Below, one piece after another: positions 57,840-64,000 of a stretch of 64,000 bases of DNA. The number at the start of each line of letters is the position of its first letter. Within the stretch, counting starts at the first letter, position 1. The DNA comes from Macrostomum lignano. Taxonomy: Eukaryota. The notes under the pieces were generated by a model. It was not told the origin of the DNA. It worked only from the letters and a program-made list of their open reading frames with translations, and made no database searches. The DNA is taken from the NCBI GenBank assembly GCA_002269645.1, contig NIVC01002165.1, positions 62,001 through 126,000 on the forward strand. Reading direction: 5' to 3'. Made by a program: the position numbers and the translations under genes.

Positions 57840-58780
57840 GGGATCTGGGACTGTGGCTGTCTGTAGGTACAGAATACTCTAGGGATCTGGGACTGTGGCT
57901 GTCTGTAGGTACAGAATACTCTAGGGATCTGGGACTGTGGCTGTCTGTAGGTACAGAATACTCTAGGGATCTGGGACTGTGGCTGTCTGTAGGTACAGAA
58001 TACTCTAGGGATCTGGGACTGTGGCTGTCTGTAGGTACAGAATACTCTAGGGATCTGGGACTGTGGCTGTCTGTAGGTACAGAATACTCTAGGGATCTGG
58101 AACTGTGGCTGTCTGTAGGTACAGAATACTCTAGGGATCTGGGACTGTGGCTGTCTGTAGGTACAGAATGCTCTAGGGATCTGGGACTGTGGCTGTCTGT
58201 AGGTACAGAATACTCTAGGGATCTGGGACTGTGGCTGTCTGTAGGTACAGAATGCTCTAGGGATCTGGGACTGTGGCTGTCTGTAGGTACAGAATACTCT
58301 AGGGATCTGGGACTGTGGCTGTCTGTAGGTACAGAATACTCTAGGGATCTGGGACTGTGGCTGTCTGTAGGTACAGAATACTCTAGGGATCTGGGACTGT
58401 GGCTGTCTGTAGGTACAGAATACTCTAGGGATCTGGAACTGTGGCTGTCTGTAGGTACAGAATACTCTAGGGATCTGGGACTGTGGCTGTCTGTAGGTAC
58501 AGAATGCTCTAGGGATCTGGGACTGTGGCTGTCTGTAGGTACAGAATACTCTAGGGATCTGGGACTGTGGCTGTCTGTAGGTACAGAATGCTCTAGGGAT
58601 CTGGGACTGTAGCTGTCTGTAGGTAATACTCTATCTGGGACTGTGGCTGTCTGTAGGTAATACTCTATCTGGGACTGTGGCTGTCTGTAGGTAATACTCT
58701 ATCTGGGACTGTGGCTGTCTGTAGGTACATAATACTCTAGGGATCTGGGACTGTGAGGTGTCTGTAGGTACAGAATGCTC
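57840..58780. repeat. 42-bp minisatellite (~19 copies, then three 34-bp deletion variants), GGGATCTGGGACTGTGGCTGTCTGTAGGTACAGAATACTCTA
   Basis: Direct tandem repeats. ORF 57767-58612 is the repeat translated. Confidence 0.96.
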
Positions 58781-60035
58781 AAGACGATCTTTCTCAAAGC
58801 AGGTACAGAAATTCAGTTTGCCTGCACCCGGGAACCTGGTGATCTCGTGTACGCCGTTGAAACTCTTCTAGTTTTCAGGTTTGTTGCAAGAAATTTTCAA
58901 GCAAAATATAATAAATGCGATTTAAGTACGTAACAGCTTTCGTAACTGCTTATTTTTATCTAGCCCACAAATAGTTGAGCACAAATGGTCATAGCAGTGT
59001 GATCTAGAGTGTACTATAGTGTAATAATTTGGTTATTCAATTCGAGCAGGCATATATTTTAGGCATCATTAATTAAAATCCAAGCAAGCAGAATTCGAAT
59101 TTTGAACGGAACTGAACAGTTTTTATGGTGCATTGGGCAAAAATTTCCTGACTAGGGGGCCTAAAACAGCAACCACTGCTCAGACTCTTTAGGGCTCGTC
59201 AGTACTCTTTAGACATGGCAAAACTGTCACATTTTGTAACTTGCTGTTACATTTATTTAAAATAGTTTTAGCATTGATAATATTGCTCATCGGCAGTGTC
59301 AGAGAGTGTCTGATGACAGAACCTTAGAACTAGTAAATATCTCAACTGGACTGGCATCATCTGCCCTCTGAGCCTGCCAGAATTATTAAATATTAGAAGC
59401 TTTTCACGGGCACGGGCTTCTGAAAAAAAACAAAGGAAAAGACAAAAAAACACGCACGAAGAATACACAAAAGCGAGTGAGGATGAGTGAGTAGACAAAG
59501 AACAAACATCTATGCTGGTCTGCGGGGTCAAGAGGCTGGTATGCGAGTTCAGAGCGGCAGAGGTGTACAATTAAAAGTACAATAATATCGTATGTACAGT
59601 ATGATGACCCGGCCGTTCCTCATCGTTGACAAAGCGAAGGCCAGAGAATCAAAGCAATCTTCAACACGTGAGGACTTGAAAACAAGTTTGGGATTGAAAT
59701 TCGGGATTAAGAGTAGGATCAGCTGAGTTTAGCTAGCAAGCCACCTGGCTACTCTGAACCACCGGTCGGGATACAAAGGGGCTCAGAGGGGTTCACAGAG
59801 GAATATTCATAGCCAATCAGTGAGGGCCTCAAGGTGGCAGCAAGCCACTTTTCTGAACTCAAACTTGGTTAACGAGTTCATCTGTCTTGACAACAGATGC
59901 CACAGAGCAGGAAATGGCCTCATGCGACTGACAGAGCAGCTCTACATAGCTATAATATGCTGCGTATTCTAGACAATATGTTTTGAGTGAGTCAGTTTTG
60001 AGTCGAGCGTCAATTGAAGAATCGCTGAGCTCCGA

Positions 60036-60612
60036 TCACATGCTGCCGATGGCACTTGAGTGCAGCTCGCCTGGGCTGCCGGGCTCCAGCTGGTGGTGGT
60101 GGCTCTGATGGTGGCCATTGTGCATGCCATAGTGCGCCTGCTGCATGTACATCATGTGCATCTCACCGGACCCAACTGCTGGCGACTCCCGCTGCTGATG
60201 GGGCTGATGATGATGATGCTGGTGATGCTGGACCGGACTAGAACTCGGACTGCCGCACTCCTGTTTGCCAACCAGCAGCTGGTAGACTCCATCACCGCCA
60301 GCCTGCTTCTGCATCTGTCCGCCTCCTCCGCCGTGGTGCTGGCCGCCAACCAGCATGCCGTAGCCGGTGGGCGGAGAACCGGGCGGGTAGCTGCCGTAGA
60401 CAGCGGAGCCACCGCCGCTGTACGGCCCCATGGACTGCTGAAGGTAGCCGCCGTACTGCCCCATGACAGCCTGCTGGTAGTCCGTCGGCCCGCCGTGGTG
60501 CAGGTACTGCTGGGCGGCCATGTAGCCGGCCGGGCCGCTGTACAAATCTCTCGGCAAAGCGGAGTTCGCCGCCGTCATGCCCTGCTGCGGACCTCCACCG
60601 CCGCCGCCGCCG

Positions 60613-60646
<34 letters not shown>

Positions 60647-61028
60647 TGCTGTAGCGGTCCTGCCGTTTCAGCAGGGTTTTGGTCTTGCGCCGCGGCCTGT
60701 ACTTATAGTCCGGATGGTCCTTCATGTGAATGGCGCGCAGCCGCTTGGCCTCGTCGATGAAGGGCCGCTTCTCGGTCTCGCTGAGATTCTTCCACTCGAT
60801 GCCAAGCCGCTTGCTGATCTCCGAGTTGTGCATCTTCGGATTCTCCTGCGCCATCTTGCGGCGCTGGCCCCGGCTCCACACCATGAAGGCGTTCATCGGC
60901 CGCTTCACCCGGTCCTCCTTCTTGCCGCCAACGCCTGCGCCGCCGTGGACTGGAGGTCCTTCATGGTGCTGATGCTGATGCTGGTGATGATGAGGCGGAG
61001 GCGGCTGCTGCTTGTGGCCCGGCGACAT
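60036..61028 (-). CDS. SoxB1: SoxB1-class HMG-box transcription factor (first in-frame ATG 61028; frame open to 61076)
   Basis: [69 protein letters not shown]. The KTKTL tail is B1-type, whereas B2 has RKPK. Poly-Gly and poly-His tracts; no intron in the HMG box. Confidence 0.92.
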
Positions 61029-61189
61029 GACAGATGGTGCGCTGTTGTTATTGCTGCTTCCGGGAGTCACCTTCAATGATTTTTTTAACGGAGAAATCCA
61101 GAGTAAGACGCAGTGAAGAAGACGTAGATTTTAGACTTTAGTTTTTTTATTAATGATCATGGAATATACTAAGCCTTTGTACCTCATTC

Positions 61190-63262
61190 CTGTGAGCAGT
61201 TAGTGCCGCAACCCCCTGTTCCTGTGAGCAGTGAGTGCCGCTACCCCCTGTTCCTGTGAGCAGTGACTGCCGCAACCCCTGTTCCTGTGAGCAGTGAGTG
61301 TCGCTACCCCCTATTCCTTTGAGCAGTGAGTGTCGCTACCCCCTGTTCCTGTGAGCAGTGAGTGTCGCTACCCCCTGTTCCTGTGAGCAGTGAGTGCCGC
61401 AACCCCCTGTTCCTGTGAGCAGTGACTGCCGCAACCCCCTGTTCCTGTGAGCAGTGAGTGTCGCTACCCCCTATTCCTTTGAGCAGTGAGTGTCGCTACC
61501 CCTGTTCCTGTGAGCAGTGAGTGTCGCTACCCCCTATTCCTGTGAGCAGTGAGTGTCGCTACCCCTGTTCCTGTGAGCAGTGAGTGTCGCTACCCCCTAT
61601 TCCTGTGAGCAGTTTGTGCCGCAACCCCTGTTCCTGTGAGCAGTGAGTGTCGCTACCCCCTGTTCCTGTGAGCAGTGAGTGTCGCTACCCCCTGTTCCTG
61701 TGAGCAGTGAGTGTCGCTACCCCCTATTCCTGTGAGCAGTGAGTGTCGCTACCCCCTGTTCCTGTGAGCAGTGAGTGTCGCTACCCCCTGTTCCTGTGAG
61801 CAGTGAGTGCCGCAACCCCCTGTTCCTGTGAGCAGTGACTGGCGCAACCCCCTGTTCCTGTGAGCAGTGACTGCCGCAACCCCCTGTTCCTGTGAGCAGT
61901 GAGTGTCGCTACCCCCTATTCCTTTGAGCAGTGAGTGTCGCTACCCCCTGTTCCTGTGAGCAGTGAGTGTCGCTACCCCCTATTCCTGTGAGCAGTGAGT
62001 GTCGCTACCCCCTGTTCCTGTGAGCAGTGAGTGTCGCTACCCCCTATTCCTGTGAGCAGTTTGTGCCGCAACCCCCTGTTCCTGTGAGCAGTGAGTGTCG
62101 CTACCCCCTGTTCCTGTGAGCAGTGAGTGTCGCTACCCCCTGTTCCTGTGAGCAGTGAGTGTCGCTACCCCCTATTCCTGTGAGCAGTGAGTGTCGCTAC
62201 CCCCTGTTCCTGTGAGCAGTGAGTGTCGCTACCCCCTGTTCCTGTGAGCAGTGAGTGTCGCTACCCCCTATTCCTGTGAGCAGTTAGTGCCGCAACCCCC
62301 CTGTTCCTGTGAGCAGTGAGTGTCGCTACCCCCTATTCCTGTGAGCAGTGAGTGTCGCTACCCCCTGTTCCTGTGAGCAGTGAGTGCCGCAACCCCCTGT
62401 TTCTGTGAGCAGTGAGTGCCGCAACCCCCTGTTCCTGTGAGCAGTGAGTGTCGCTACCCCCTGTTCCTGTGAGCAGTGAGTGTCGCTACCCCCTGTTCCT
62501 GTGAGCAGTGAGTGTCGCTACCCCCTGTTCCTGTGAGCAGTGAGTGTCGCTACCCCCTATTCCTGTGAGCAGTTAGTGCCGCAACCCCCCTGTTCCTGTG
62601 AGCAGTGAGTGTCGCTACCCCCTATTCCTGTGAGCAGTGAGTGTCGCTACCCCCTGTTCCTGTGAGCAGTGAGTGCCGCAACCCCCTGTTTCTGTGAGCA
62701 GTGAGTGCCGCAACCCCCTGTTCCTGTGAGCAGTGACTGCCGCAACCCCCTATTCCTGTGAGCAGTGAGTGTCGCTACCCCCTGTTCCTGTGAGCAGTGA
62801 GTGTCGCTACCCCCTGTTCCTGTGAGCAGTGACTGCCGCAACCCCCTGTTCCTGTGAGCAGCGACTGCCGCAACCCCCTATTCCTGTGAGTAGTGAGTGT
62901 CGCTACCCCCTATTCCTGTGAGCAGTGAGTGTCGCTACCCCCTGTTCCTGTGAGCAGTGAGTGTCGCTACCCCCTATTCCTGTGAGCAGTTTGTGCCGCA
63001 ACCCCCTGTTCCTGTGAGCAGTGACTGCCGCAACCCCCTGTTCCTGTGAGCAGTGACTGCCGCAACCCCCTGTTCCTGTGAGCAGTGAGTGTCGCTACCT
63101 CCTGTTCCTGTGAGCAGTGAGTGCCGCAACCCCCTGTTCCTGTGAGCAGTGACTGCCGCAACCCCCTGTTCCTGTGAGCAGTGAGTGTCGCTACCCCCTG
63201 TTCCTGTGAGCAGTGAGTGCCGCAACCCCCTGTTCCTGTGAGCAGTGACTGCCGCAACCCCA
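61190..63262. repeat. 32-bp minisatellite (~65 copies), CCCCCTGTTCCTGTGAGCAGTGAGTGTCGCTA and variants
   Basis: Direct tandem repeats starting about 160 bp upstream of the first SoxB1 ATG. Confidence 0.97.
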
Positions 63263-64000
63263 AGGTCCTTCAGTGGACTTGGACACCCCCTCTACTTCTT
63301 ATTTTCTCAGTAGGCTCCGCTGCAAGCAAACCGAGTTACGGAGATCTGCTCATATCGACAAAGATAATTAGCAGTCTGTTTAGAATTTATCATATGCGAG
63401 CGCTGAATGTTGATCCACAGGATTTTCTTAATTTGCCGGACTCAGGGACTAACAAGCACACCGGGAGTCGTCCCGGATACCGCGGATCCTTCGCAGCTGC
63501 TGCACCTCCGAAATGTCGCGCTCGCTAGGGGGCTTCGTCAAAGCCCGGTCCTTCACCCCGCGATCCACAGGGGGTCCCCGACCCCGGCCCCTACCTAGCA
63601 CGGCGGGCGGAACACCTGCAAAGTTTTGCTCCGCCTAACGAGGCGTAATTATTTTTTCGGCCGCGTACGGCCCGACCCGGCCAGTGGGTATCCGAGAAGC
63701 TTCGGCGGCGCCTTAGCGACTAATTGTTTCTTAACAGCGACTCAGCGAGTACAGAAAGTGGCTGCTCCCCTCCGCCCCACTTCAGCGGGCTGGCGGGCTT
63801 CGGGGCAAGTGGGAGAGAATAACGAAACGAAAGGTGAAGACGGGCCTCCGCCAATCTACCTTCGTGTTTCCCCTTCCTAGGGGTCGGCCCCTCCATCCCC
63901 TCTCCGGAGCCCCCCCCCCATTCCCGCACCCGCATCTGCCCAACAACGCGAGCGGGGAGTCCGCGAGGTCCCCGATTCTCCCGCGCCACGCAGCTTCCCC

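Noticed and set aside
1-64000. rRNA, tRNA, snoRNA or prokaryotic features
   Set aside because: No cloverleaf with A/B boxes, no rRNA signature, and no convincing C/D box pair with terminal stems were seen.

Overview
Metazoan (eukaryotic) genomic DNA with GT-AG introns. The intron-filling minisatellites and the TE mix suggest a flatworm such as Macrostomum lignano, but that is inference. Four host genes are present: the 3' part of EF1-beta (1-1231, +), a Rab24-like GTPase (2098-4961, +), a 7-exon KIAA0513/SBF2-domain gene with a very large Gln-rich first exon (10822-17032, +), and a SoxB1 gene (60036-61028, -). Several introns and gene flanks are filled by unrelated minisatellites. Between about 18.8 and 55.8 kb lies a roughly 37-kb island of nested transposons: four Gypsy (Mag-like) LTR elements plus a small LTR-like insert, five PIF/Harbinger elements or remnants, two IS630/Tc1 elements, a piggyBac, Helitron remnants with an RPA-like gene, and an apparently intact RAG1-core-like (Chapaev/Transib-related) transposon. 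The most notable observations are: (1) the ends of the RAG1-like transposon read heptamer / 23-nt spacer / nonamer, like a 23-RSS; (2) the octamer CCATAGAC/GTCTATGG recurs about 24 times (counted by eye) across unrelated TE classes; (3) a Harbinger-in-Gypsy-in-piggyBac nest whose interrupted ORFs can be restored exactly; (4) all LTR elements lie on one strand, as in a piRNA-cluster-like locus; (5) a cluster of hairpins displaying GCGTACGACGC downstream of SoxB1. All counts and alignments were done by eye and no database searches were run.
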